A stretch of DNA of 64,000 bases, taken from a virus. The notes below the pieces were generated by a model. That model saw only the letters and a list, made by a program, of their open reading frames with translations. It was not told the DNA's origin and ran no database searches. The translations under genes were made by a program, and so were the position numbers. The stretch is from the IMG/VR virus record IMGVR_UViG_3300047562_003246, positions 121,238 to 185,237 of that record. One strand, given 5' to 3'. Each line of letters starts with the position of its first letter. Within the stretch, counting starts at the first letter, position 1. Shown piece by piece: positions 8,276 through 17,470 of the stretch.

Positions 8276-9469
8276 TTGGTAGAGCTAAAAACTATGTCAA
8301 ACAAAAAACAATTCCTGGTACTGTCTGATTCACACTTAGACTTATTGATGTACCAGGACGATGAAGAACTCATCTATGATTCTTTCGTCGCTTTTGCTCA
8401 GTGTATCAGTATTGCCATAGAAAAAGAGTCGCACATTGTCGCCGGTGGAGACATCATTGAGTGCAACTATGCTGATTACCCGATGCCGATAGTGTTATCG
8501 TTTCTTGCTAAGCAATTAAAGCGACTAGAAGAAGCGAACTTGAAGTTTTACTACATCAACGGTCAGCATGATCGCAAACGTAATAATCTGAGCTTCCCAG
8601 AATCAATTAACAGTCGAGTAGCTGTTAATATTCATCTAAAAGAAGTCAACATATCTGGAATAAACGTCGTAGGTATAGACTCGGTTAACTCGCATCATTT
8701 ACCCGCACACCTTGAGGCAGCGGCGGACTTAACAAAAGATCCAAATTGTTTGCTGTTAACGCATCAACGTTGGAAGCAGTTCTTGAATTTTAAAAATTCG
8801 TATGATGCATCTTTTGATATCGTGCCTCATAAGTTTCACACGATGATCACCGGCGACATGCACACAGCCAAGCTTGTGCGGTTTAATTCGACTAATGAAG
8901 AGAAAGCCAGAGCTGTGCCGCTGCGAGTGCTCAGTCCTGGTGCTACCTGTAGGCGTACTAGCCGCGAGCCTGATAAACATTACTGCTGGTTAGTTTCGCT
9001 AACTGGTAATAAGTTTGACTTCAAAAAGTTCAAGTTGTTCACCAGACTTGCAGAGCGTTTTGAACTGAACGATATTGATGATTTTGATTTGTTGGTAGGC
9101 ACTTACCAAAAGATTATTGAAAAGCTTAAACCTAAGATTGAAAAGTTACCGCCTAGAATTGCAAAGCCGGTGGCTTTCTTATCAGGCACAGCTACAGGTG
9201 ATGTTTTTCGAGCAGCCAGTGAACTACTCTCTCCTTACTTTCATGTTAGAAGTACAGGCAGAGAGGTCAGAAACACCATTGATACACCGGAGCTGTTCGA
9301 AACAACCGAAAAAACATACAGTCCGTTATCTGTAGTATCGCTGGTCGATAAAGTAACTGACGACAGTAAAGTTCAAAGTTTTATTCGTGGCGGATTACAG
9401 CACCGAAACTTTGATGACTTTTTAAATAGATGGGAAAAGAATGAGAATCAAAACCGCAACGCTAAGTAA
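8276..9469 (+). CDS. sbcD: SbcD/Mre11-like metallophosphoesterase nuclease
   Basis: LSDSH, AGGDI, NGQHD, THQ, GDMH, SPG motifs; adjacent to SbcC-like gene; ATG8294 is an alternative start. Confidence 0.85.
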   Translation: MVELKTMSNKKQFLVLSDSHLDLLMYQDDEELIYDSFVAFAQCISIAIEKESHIVAGGDIIECNYADYPMPIVLSFLAKQLKRLEEANLKFYYINGQHDRKRNNLSFPESINSRVAVNIHLKEVNISGINVVGIDSVNSHHLPAHLEAAADLTKDPNCLLLTHQRWKQFLNFKNSYDASFDIVPHKFHTMITGDMHTAKLVRFNSTNEEKARAVPLRVLSPGATCRRTSREPDKHYCWLVSLTGNKFDFKKFKLFTRLAERFELNDIDDFDLLVGTYQKIIEKLKPKIEKLPPRIAKPVAFLSGTATGDVFRAASELLSPYFHVRSTGREVRNTIDTPELFETTEKTYSPLSVVSLVDKVTDDSKVQSFIRGGLQHRNFDDFLNRWEKNENQNRNAK

Positions 9470-11567
9470 TTACTGTCAGCACAGATTGCGAGAGCTTAAC
9501 TTCGAAGCAGGCGTAACTTTTATCACAGGGCTCATAGGTTCTGGTAAGAGTAACGCTTTTAGAGGTATTCGAGGAACGTTGACGGGCGATTTCGAATCCA
9601 GGAAAGTAGGAGGCAAACAGGAAGATATTACCTACGGGTTAGAGTCTGGTACAGACGGCTACGTCAAGACCGAGTGGGAGCTTGACAATAATATGATTGT
9701 TTCGATTAAACGAAATATCATTAATACGGGGTCAGCCGAGATTCATTTGATTGATCCAAAAAATCACACAATAGCTGAGCATCATCGCGGTAAAGAAACA
9801 GAGGCAACCGATCACATCACTAGACTGACGGGGCTAAATAATCAAGTCATTCAAAATTGCATGTTTATTGGTCAACGTAAAACTGCTGAGATATTTTCGG
9901 CGACCCCCAGTCAACGTGTAGACACACTAATTCACTTAACTGATGCCATGCTTGCTAGGGAGTTTGCAGCAAGTATTCGCAAGAGGTTAACACGATTACA
10001 GATATTCGCGGAAGAATATGACGAGACAGCTGTAACGGTTACGAATCAAAATTACGTAGAGCTGCGAGACAAATACGAAGTAATCAGTAAAAAACTAAAC
10101 AGTCTGAAGGAACAGCTGCTTGTACCCATTGTTAGGTCTCAGCTTGAACGAGTTGTTAGTCAGTATGAAACTCGGACAGCAGCCGAAAAAGCTGTAAAGA
10201 TCGCAACAAGTAAGTCAGCCAAACTTAAAGTTGTTATCGAAAAGAAGCAAGCCAAGATAAGTAAGCTGGAAAAAGCAAAAGAAAAACTGACCAGACAACT
10301 AGCAAAAGCCAAAGAAGTCTACCAAGCTAGCCTAACTGTCTACAACAACCACAAACAGATTAACGAGTCTGTCACCGCATATGAGGAAGCGCAGAAGATA
10401 TTACAAGTACCGTCTCCAGAGCCTCCACAACCGGTAACTTACTCTAAGCACGTACTGAGCGATTCTTCTGAGATCAAGAAAAGTATTCGAGATATTGTTA
10501 AGCAGATCGACGAGTGTACAAGCCTGCTCAATATGCACAAAGATAAAGTTTGTGTAACCTGCAAACGTCCATTCAAAATAACAGACGAGCAGGCTGATAA
10601 AGCTAGAGCGGATATTAACAAACTCAAGCCGCAGCTTAATGCCTTAAATGATATTGCTGATGATTTTGAACAATTTAAGTTAGATACTGAATTATACAAA
10701 AGGGAGCTTAATACTTGGAAAACAAACAGGGACAAAGCCAAGCAGTTGGTTGCGAAGTATTCCACTAAGCCGGAAAGGGTTAGCGTAGTTTCGCCAAGTA
10801 AGGACGAAGTTAACGAAATAGAACAAAAGCTGAAAGACCTTAACAAGAAGTTTGAACAAGGTAGAGATTCACTAGATAGTCTGATCGTCAGGTTGAACGA
10901 GCACATGACTACGATCAAGATTAAGAAAGAGACAGTAGCAAAAACAGATAATGTATCGAAATCAGCAGCAATCCAGGCTAAGAAAACACTGGAGTCGCAA
11001 CAGCAAATAGCAACAGAAGTTGAAGAGCTTACAGAGACATATATCGATATGCGTAGTAAGCTTGCCGTTAGGGTTCAGTCTTTGCGAGCGGCGCTGGCTG
11101 CGAAACGAAAGTTCCAGAAAGTAGGGCCGAAGCTAGAGTTTTTATCAGTAGCCAATAAAGTTTGCTCAAAGTTACCAGAAAGGTCAGTAGCCGAGTTTGC
11201 TCGATTTATGGAGCCGTCAATCAATGCCAAGTTAGAACAGTTTGGTATGGATTTTCAGTTGTCAGTGGACGAGTCATTTGAGTTCAGTGTCACAAGGAAT
11301 GGGCATACGTTTATGCACAAACGAATGTCAGGAGGGCAGTCGTGTGTATCAGGTTTGGCGTTTTGGTTGTCTGTAGCTGAGGTAGCTGGTATTGATTGCT
11401 TGTTTATGGACGAACCAATTGATGGTTTGGATCCAACGGCAAGAGCATTATTACCTTCGGTGTTCTCAAATATTGATTCGGCTTTCCGGCAACAAGGAAA
11501 GCAGTTAATCGTGGTGACGCACTATCCTCAGTTAGCAGTCGTCGGACAAAGGATTCATTTCAATTAA
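9441..11567 (+). CDS. sbcC: SbcC/Rad50-like ATPase
   Basis: GLIGSGKS, coiled coil with CVTC zinc hook, MSGGQ signature, FMDEP Walker B, VVTH. Confidence 0.9.
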   Translation: MRIKTATLSNYCQHRLRELNFEAGVTFITGLIGSGKSNAFRGIRGTLTGDFESRKVGGKQEDITYGLESGTDGYVKTEWELDNNMIVSIKRNIINTGSAEIHLIDPKNHTIAEHHRGKETEATDHITRLTGLNNQVIQNCMFIGQRKTAEIFSATPSQRVDTLIHLTDAMLAREFAASIRKRLTRLQIFAEEYDETAVTVTNQNYVELRDKYEVISKKLNSLKEQLLVPIVRSQLERVVSQYETRTAAEKAVKIATSKSAKLKVVIEKKQAKISKLEKAKEKLTRQLAKAKEVYQASLTVYNNHKQINESVTAYEEAQKILQVPSPEPPQPVTYSKHVLSDSSEIKKSIRDIVKQIDECTSLLNMHKDKVCVTCKRPFKITDEQADKARADINKLKPQLNALNDIADDFEQFKLDTELYKRELNTWKTNRDKAKQLVAKYSTKPERVSVVSPSKDEVNEIEQKLKDLNKKFEQGRDSLDSLIVRLNEHMTTIKIKKETVAKTDNVSKSAAIQAKKTLESQQQIATEVEELTETYIDMRSKLAVRVQSLRAALAAKRKFQKVGPKLEFLSVANKVCSKLPERSVAEFARFMEPSINAKLEQFGMDFQLSVDESFEFSVTRNGHTFMHKRMSGGQSCVSGLAFWLSVAEVAGIDCLFMDEPIDGLDPTARALLPSVFSNIDSAFRQQGKQLIVVTHYPQLAVVGQRIHFN

Positions 11568-11576
11568 GGAAAGATA

Positions 11577-12590
11577 ATGACTCGCGTGGGTTCTATTGTG
11601 ATGAACCAAGGGTTTTCAACGTTTTTAGTATGGAGCGCGTACAACGATAAGAAAGTAGTTTGTGGCATGGAGGACGCCGTGTCGTTGTCGAAACAGGCGT
11701 TTGAAGATGGACTTGATGTGTGTTATACGTTTTCGCCTGCTTTACTTTATAGGTCCCTTGGATCGAATTATTTCAACGGTGCGATCGCACTGGATATGGC
11801 GAGACAGTACGTTGCTAGTACATCTCGACATGAGACAGGAGAATTGTATAGCTCTTGTTGCGTTTCAAATACGGTTCCGAGCGTATTTGAAATTTTTGAC
11901 ATGATCAACAACAACAAAGATAAAAGGACAAAGATGTCGGACGATACATTACAGCTAGCTAAGTTTATTGCAAATTTCGACAGTAATGAACTTGCAAAAA
12001 CTAATGATCTTGGCATATCACAACCAGATATCACTTCCAAAGCTTTTACAGCAAAAGAGTTGGTTGATACGATCAGGCCATTACTACCGGTTACAGCAGG
12101 ACTGCTGGAGTTGGCACATAATACAAACTTGCAGATGGCTTTCTGTCGCGTGTGTCGTTACATTTTTGACCCTCGCAGATTTATCGAGAGTCAGCTGCGA
12201 TTGCACGAAATCAATACGCATACGCAGTCACTGCTTGATGATGCTATTGCTGCTACTAAACGTAGCGTGCATAACATCTATACAGATGCTTTGTTAGGTA
12301 AGAAACAAGATAAGGCTGTGTCCGCTAGTTGGTCGTTGCCTTTATCGTTTTTGACTAATAGTTTGGACTTGCTGATACACTCTGAGCTGATATACAATAG
12401 TCCATCTTTTGTGGATGGCGAGTTGACTGAAACGGCGAAACGAGTCGCAGTTATACCTTCGCTGATTGTTGCTGAGATAGCTGCAAACATTTGTACTCAT
12501 GGTGAGATTTCACAGGAAGTTTTAAATGGGATTGACGCGACCTACAGGAAGGAATACCGACAACGATACGTCGTTGTCCATCAGGTCTAA
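11577..12590 (+). CDS. Hypothetical protein
   Basis: 337-aa ORF within the replication operon. Confidence 0.65.
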   Translation: MTRVGSIVMNQGFSTFLVWSAYNDKKVVCGMEDAVSLSKQAFEDGLDVCYTFSPALLYRSLGSNYFNGAIALDMARQYVASTSRHETGELYSSCCVSNTVPSVFEIFDMINNNKDKRTKMSDDTLQLAKFIANFDSNELAKTNDLGISQPDITSKAFTAKELVDTIRPLLPVTAGLLELAHNTNLQMAFCRVCRYIFDPRRFIESQLRLHEINTHTQSLLDDAIAATKRSVHNIYTDALLGKKQDKAVSASWSLPLSFLTNSLDLLIHSELIYNSPSFVDGELTETAKRVAVIPSLIVAEIAANICTHGEISQEVLNGIDATYRKEYRQRYVVVHQV

Positions 12591-14238
12591 CGCAGTACCT
12601 GGAGGCCAGCATAAAAAGAAAGATGTTAAAAAGCAGAAGTTAACAGAGCATGAAAGGAAAAAGAAAAAGTATGACTTTGATGTGCCGAAAGATATAAAAC
12701 GTTCCGGCACGATCAAAATTAATCGAGAGTACAACGTTCTTCGTATTCCGCCTATGGACATGGAAGTCACTAGCTGTGTACTTCGGTTGCTTTCTTTTAG
12801 GTTGATGTATTTTGATAATTCGCAGCAGTCGATGGACTTCGAGACCGTCGACTGCTACGCCGTAATAGACATAGGCGGCAAACCATTTATCATCTGTGCC
12901 GCAGGAATACTTACAGAACTAAAATCTCTGCTCAAAAAAATTGGCTACAAAGTTATTGTCCGAGATGTAACGAAGTATCCAGCCAATATTGAAAAGCGGC
13001 TTAGGATCAACGAAAAAGTTTTTGCGAATACTTTGGGTAATCCTAGAGACTGGCAGCTTGAATGTTTAGAGATGATTCAAAAGTTTCGCTGTGGGCAGTT
13101 TCACGTTTCTACAGGAGCAGGTAAGACAACTTTTATTACCGCAGTTATTAAAGCGGCACAGAACGCTAGGATTCTATACGCGACTAAAGGTCGACAAGCT
13201 TTGATGACTGCGTACAACGCAGCGGTTGAAGCCGGTGTGATCGGTGCGCAGATTTATAAGTCAAACCACAATGTACGAAACAGCCGTGTTGTCTACTGTA
13301 CAACAGGCAAGCTAGAGAACCTGATATTGAAAGGCGAGACATTTGACATAGTGTTCATTGATGAGCAGCACGAAACATGTACCGAGTTTCAAATTTCTAA
13401 AATAATACCACTACGAACAGCGAAGATATTTGCATTCTCGGCACAGTGGAGAGACAGGTCAGACAACGCAGATAGATGGTCAGACATTGTTTATGGTCCA
13501 TTGCGGTTTTCGAAGGCTTATGTTAGTAACGTCAAAGACGGTAACATTGTTGATGCAAAAATCATATGGCGAGATACATCACACATCAGAATCAAAGGAC
13601 TGGATGGTTTAACTAACTACGAGTTTTTAAAAGAAGCGATTTGTCTTAATCAAAAACGTAATGAGTTGATCGCTGAAGATGCTTTAAGACATGCTGACAG
13701 TCAAGTTCTGATTATGGTGTCTAAGACGATACACGCATTGGCACTGAAAAAATTGTTACCTCATGCGATACTCGCTCATTTACCTTTAAATCCTGCTCAG
13801 GTTGAGCTATTTACAGATTTAGATCTTTTGCCTAAAGGATACCCGTTGATTCACGGATCAACTGATATTTTAAGATCGTACCGTGATTTGTTTAGCGTTG
13901 GTGCTATTAAACTAGCGATCGCTACTTCGATATGGTATCAGGCGGTCGACTTCCGACAGTGCGAGGTAGTCATTAGGGCAGAGGCTCAGCAGACAAAAAT
14001 TAAGACTGATCAAATCATAGGCCGAGGCAGTCGAATTTGCGAAGCTATCGATAAGAAAGAAATGTTGGTGTACGAGTACAACGATGTTTTCAATAATCGT
14101 ACAAGTCGATGGGCTGCTAGGCGACAAAAGCTATACGAGGAGCATGGCTTTTCACAGTTATCGTTTCAAGATTGGTTAGAACAACAGAACGTGGAGTATG
14201 CGAAAACTAAACTCAAAAGACGAAGAGGTGCTAAGTAG
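12526..14238 (+). CDS. SF2 DNA helicase (UvsW-like)
   Basis: STGAGKT, FIDEQH, FSA, ATSIWYQAVDF, QIIGRGSR. Confidence 0.85.
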   Translation: MGLTRPTGRNTDNDTSLSIRSNAVPGGQHKKKDVKKQKLTEHERKKKKYDFDVPKDIKRSGTIKINREYNVLRIPPMDMEVTSCVLRLLSFRLMYFDNSQQSMDFETVDCYAVIDIGGKPFIICAAGILTELKSLLKKIGYKVIVRDVTKYPANIEKRLRINEKVFANTLGNPRDWQLECLEMIQKFRCGQFHVSTGAGKTTFITAVIKAAQNARILYATKGRQALMTAYNAAVEAGVIGAQIYKSNHNVRNSRVVYCTTGKLENLILKGETFDIVFIDEQHETCTEFQISKIIPLRTAKIFAFSAQWRDRSDNADRWSDIVYGPLRFSKAYVSNVKDGNIVDAKIIWRDTSHIRIKGLDGLTNYEFLKEAICLNQKRNELIAEDALRHADSQVLIMVSKTIHALALKKLLPHAILAHLPLNPAQVELFTDLDLLPKGYPLIHGSTDILRSYRDLFSVGAIKLAIATSIWYQAVDFRQCEVVIRAEAQQTKIKTDQIIGRGSRICEAIDKKEMLVYEYNDVFNNRTSRWAARRQKLYEEHGFSQLSFQDWLEQQNVEYAKTKLKRRRGAK

Positions 14239-14809
14239 ATTACTATTACTAAGTTATGCTGCGGAACATACGAGGCACCAGACCATAAGTAGACGTAACG
14301 TTGTTCCAGAGGATCATTGGGACCAGCAACATTTCCTAGGGTTGTTGAAAACATCACAACGATTCGGCGTTAATCCGTTTCATGTGATTCGCGTTGAGTT
14401 TGCTAGCAGGGAAATAGGGGAACATCCGCCTGGAATAAAAAGTTTGTTCGTAAGTGGGCACAAGGTTCTTTACGAAGAACTATCTCAGGGCTGGAGAACA
14501 ATGCTGTCGGATGTGCTGGTTAGCGAATGGAAGTCGTTAGTGCATTCGTTAGATTCATTTGCGTTTTCACTCGGTGTTGATAAGTGTGTAGCTACCAACA
14601 TTCTTATAAGGCAGGGTGGGTTGTCGCCTCTATTTGCCTACGCTATGCTCTATACTCACGGTGAGCAATTACCTTCTAAGATTTACAGCGATGCTATAAG
14701 GCTTTTTTGTTTATCTCCAAAAGCCTGCAAACGTGCGGCAGAGCAAGTAGATCTTTTGATTCCAAAAAGTATTTCAAAATATGGCAAAGCAATTAGCAAA
14801 GTCGAATAG
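14198..14809 (+). CDS. Hypothetical protein
   Basis: 203-aa ORF between the two helicase genes. Confidence 0.6.
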   Translation: MRKLNSKDEEVLSRLLLLSYAAEHTRHQTISRRNVVPEDHWDQQHFLGLLKTSQRFGVNPFHVIRVEFASREIGEHPPGIKSLFVSGHKVLYEELSQGWRTMLSDVLVSEWKSLVHSLDSFAFSLGVDKCVATNILIRQGGLSPLFAYAMLYTHGEQLPSKIYSDAIRLFCLSPKACKRAAEQVDLLIPKSISKYGKAISKVE

Positions 14810-16376
14810 TCTCAAACTAATCGAAGTTAGATCTTTATTTGCGTCATTGATTAGGGATCAAAAATTATTTTTGGTAGCTAAGTCTCGACTAGATTCGAAC
14901 TCATTTGCAGAGAACCAAGAAGGCATCAAGATCATCTGGGAGCAGCTGATTAGTTTGTATTCCAAGTACAAAAAAATGCCAAAGGTCTCTCAACTGAGGG
15001 CAGCTATTATTGCCTTTGTAGACGAAACAGACAATGACGACGAAGACATGCAGGATGAAGTCGGTGAGATTCTAGATCTAGCTGAGTCCTTCGATCGTGT
15101 TGACTTAGCTTCGCAGCGAAATGAAAACCGTAGGATCCTGCGCATCTTTTTGGATATTGCGGTAGCCCGAGAACTCAGGGAAAACCTTGAGCTGCAGGTC
15201 AAGCCGACAAGTTTGATGCGAGACGCGATGAATCGTATCGCGGTTAATAAAAGCGTTGAAACTGGTGCGTTCAAAAACTGGTTTGGTTCTTTGGAAAGTG
15301 CGGTCTCGGAAGCCAAGGTTCGTATCTTTGTGACAGGGCAGGCTCTTGTCGATGAGCTGACCAACGGCGGTCCACGAGGCGGCGAGTGTCTGCTACATAT
15401 GGGAGCGATCAACAGCGGTAAAACAACGCTGGCGGTTGACGTGGCTGTGTCTCGGGCTTTCTATGAATACTTCGCAGCGCAGAAAGAAAATCGTAAACCA
15501 GGAGTTGTTTCGTTTTATTCTTACGAAGAGTCAAGACAGGTCTTTGCTCAGGTATTAACCCGAGCATCGAACGTGAGTTTTAACTCCATCGATAAGTACA
15601 TGGAGACCCAAGATATCTCTGTGCTTAGCTCTTCGAAGAGAAAAGATTACAAGGGTTACGAAAGAGCTTGGAGGAAGATAGGAGGTAAATCGTTTGATGG
15701 AGAAGAAGAACGACTCAAGAAAGCTTTTGAAATCCTAAAGGTCTGTTTCAACTTTGTGGCAATGTCATCAGAGGATCCAAGTAACGGTGAATTGTCTGGT
15801 GAATACGTCGATGGTTTGGTACAACATTATGAGTCTTATCTAGCTGCGACAAAAGCAAAGCCTGACTTGATCGTTATAGATCACGCTTCAGCAATGGTCG
15901 AGCGGTATATGTTTGAGAACGGTAAAGGTAAAGATGAGCGACGGCACTTATTAAAAACACTGTCGATGCTGCTTAAAGATAAACTTGCCGCTCCGTATCA
16001 GGTTCCTATTTGGTGCTTGCATCAGCTTGGTTCCGAAGAAAATAGACGACCACCTGGAACTGTACCAGAACCAGCCAGCGGATCTGAATGCCGCATGATG
16101 CACGAATTTTTTAGTTTCGCGCTACAAAGCAGTCGAGTTACTGAGCCAGATAAGATTGGCGTAGTGGCTCTTGGTAAAAAGCGACGTATGAAAGGTGCTG
16201 ATCATATTGCTTTTCAAATCGACGGTGAGTTTAGTCGCTGGAAAGATGCAAGATCTACCCACGCAATCCAAGGCGGTAAAGTAAGAAGCATCGAAGACGC
16301 CAAGAGAATTGTTGACTCAGAGAGCGTTAACAGTGGTACAGCCGCGTTTACACCAAGGAGAAGGATGGTTAAATGA
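14781..16376 (+). CDS. dnaB: DnaB-like replicative helicase
   Basis: GAINSGKT Walker A, YSYEES, LIVIDH, WCLHQL; precedes primase. Confidence 0.8.
   Translation: MAKQLAKSNSLKLIEVRSLFASLIRDQKLFLVAKSRLDSNSFAENQEGIKIIWEQLISLYSKYKKMPKVSQLRAAIIAFVDETDNDDEDMQDEVGEILDLAESFDRVDLASQRNENRRILRIFLDIAVARELRENLELQVKPTSLMRDAMNRIAVNKSVETGAFKNWFGSLESAVSEAKVRIFVTGQALVDELTNGGPRGGECLLHMGAINSGKTTLAVDVAVSRAFYEYFAAQKENRKPGVVSFYSYEESRQVFAQVLTRASNVSFNSIDKYMETQDISVLSSSKRKDYKGYERAWRKIGGKSFDGEEERLKKAFEILKVCFNFVAMSSEDPSNGELSGEYVDGLVQHYESYLAATKAKPDLIVIDHASAMVERYMFENGKGKDERRHLLKTLSMLLKDKLAAPYQVPIWCLHQLGSEENRRPPGTVPEPASGSECRMMHEFFSFALQSSRVTEPDKIGVVALGKKRRMKGADHIAFQIDGEFSRWKDARSTHAIQGGKVRSIEDAKRIVDSESVNSGTAAFTPRRRMVK
15130..15143 (+). 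repeat. 14-bp motif copy 3
   Basis: Exact; read as RRILR in the helicase. Confidence 0.97.
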
Positions 16377-17470
16377 TTAATCCAGGCTTGTACTTAGCGC
16401 TATGTGCTACGTTTGGAATCAAAAACGTCAAGCCAGTTAAGCAGGGAATGCGAGGTAAGTTTAAATTCGGCACGAAGCAAAGAGTGATCAAAGGAAAGCT
16501 CGAAGACTACAGAACCATTTGTAAGATCGGTGGCAAGAATAAATCTTTAGTGGGCGAGGAATTTAGAATCCCTTGCCCTTTTTGTCATGATCATTTGCCG
16601 CGACTTTACATTAATCACTTGTGGGGTACTAAAGACGTTGTCACAGGACACAGATATTTATGGATGGCTAACTGTTACAACGAAAATTGCATGTCTGTAT
16701 TTGAAAACAGAAAACGATTGTACGAAATGGTTTCGGATCGTATGGTCGGCGAGCAAAAATTAAACAAAGGTTTCGACGTAGAAGTGCCAGACGTAGCGAC
16801 TTGGCCCGGTGACGTGTGGAGTCTTTACGATGTGGCGAAAAGAGAACCAAGTCATCCGGCCATAAAATTTTGCTTCGCGCGATTCTGGGACGCGGAGGTT
16901 CTTTCAAAGCAGTACGGTGTACGTGTGCTAATGTCTACGGACTATTGGCACAATGCTTTAAGAGATCGAATTGTTGTGCCTGTTTATGGTGCTGATAAGC
17001 AACTTAAGACATGGTCGGCTAGAAGAGTTCATGAGGAAGAGGGCGGAGCAAAATGGTTGCACTGCCCTTATATCGGAACTGGCAATGCTATTTACGGACT
17101 TAAAGTCGCAAAGACAGCTAAGGTAGGAATCATCGTCGAAGGTCCTGCAGACGTTTGGGCGTGGCAAGGAGCAGGTGCCGGTATTTTCGGTAAGCATTTG
17201 CAAGAGATCAAAGCCAAACGTATAGCTAAGTCTTTCAGCGAATGTACAGCTATCGGTATTTGTCTTGACCCTGAGCAAGACCTTGGTGAAAAGATTAATG
17301 GCAAAGAGCATCACATTGTGTCAGCCAGAAAAACTCTAGAAAAATATACCGACATACCGATAGTTGAAATATGGCTACCGCTTACAAAAGATCCAGATAA
17401 ACTGGATCACGACATATTGCAATATCATCTAGAACGTAGTGCTGACGAACAAGAAATAAAACTATGTTAG
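16373..17470 (+). CDS. DNA primase (Zn finger + TOPRIM)
   Basis: CPFCHD...C..C zinc finger, RIVVPVY, IVEGPADV, CLDPE. Confidence 0.85.
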   Translation: MINPGLYLALCATFGIKNVKPVKQGMRGKFKFGTKQRVIKGKLEDYRTICKIGGKNKSLVGEEFRIPCPFCHDHLPRLYINHLWGTKDVVTGHRYLWMANCYNENCMSVFENRKRLYEMVSDRMVGEQKLNKGFDVEVPDVATWPGDVWSLYDVAKREPSHPAIKFCFARFWDAEVLSKQYGVRVLMSTDYWHNALRDRIVVPVYGADKQLKTWSARRVHEEEGGAKWLHCPYIGTGNAIYGLKVAKTAKVGIIVEGPADVWAWQGAGAGIFGKHLQEIKAKRIAKSFSECTAIGICLDPEQDLGEKINGKEHHIVSARKTLEKYTDIPIVEIWLPLTKDPDKLDHDILQYHLERSADEQEIKLC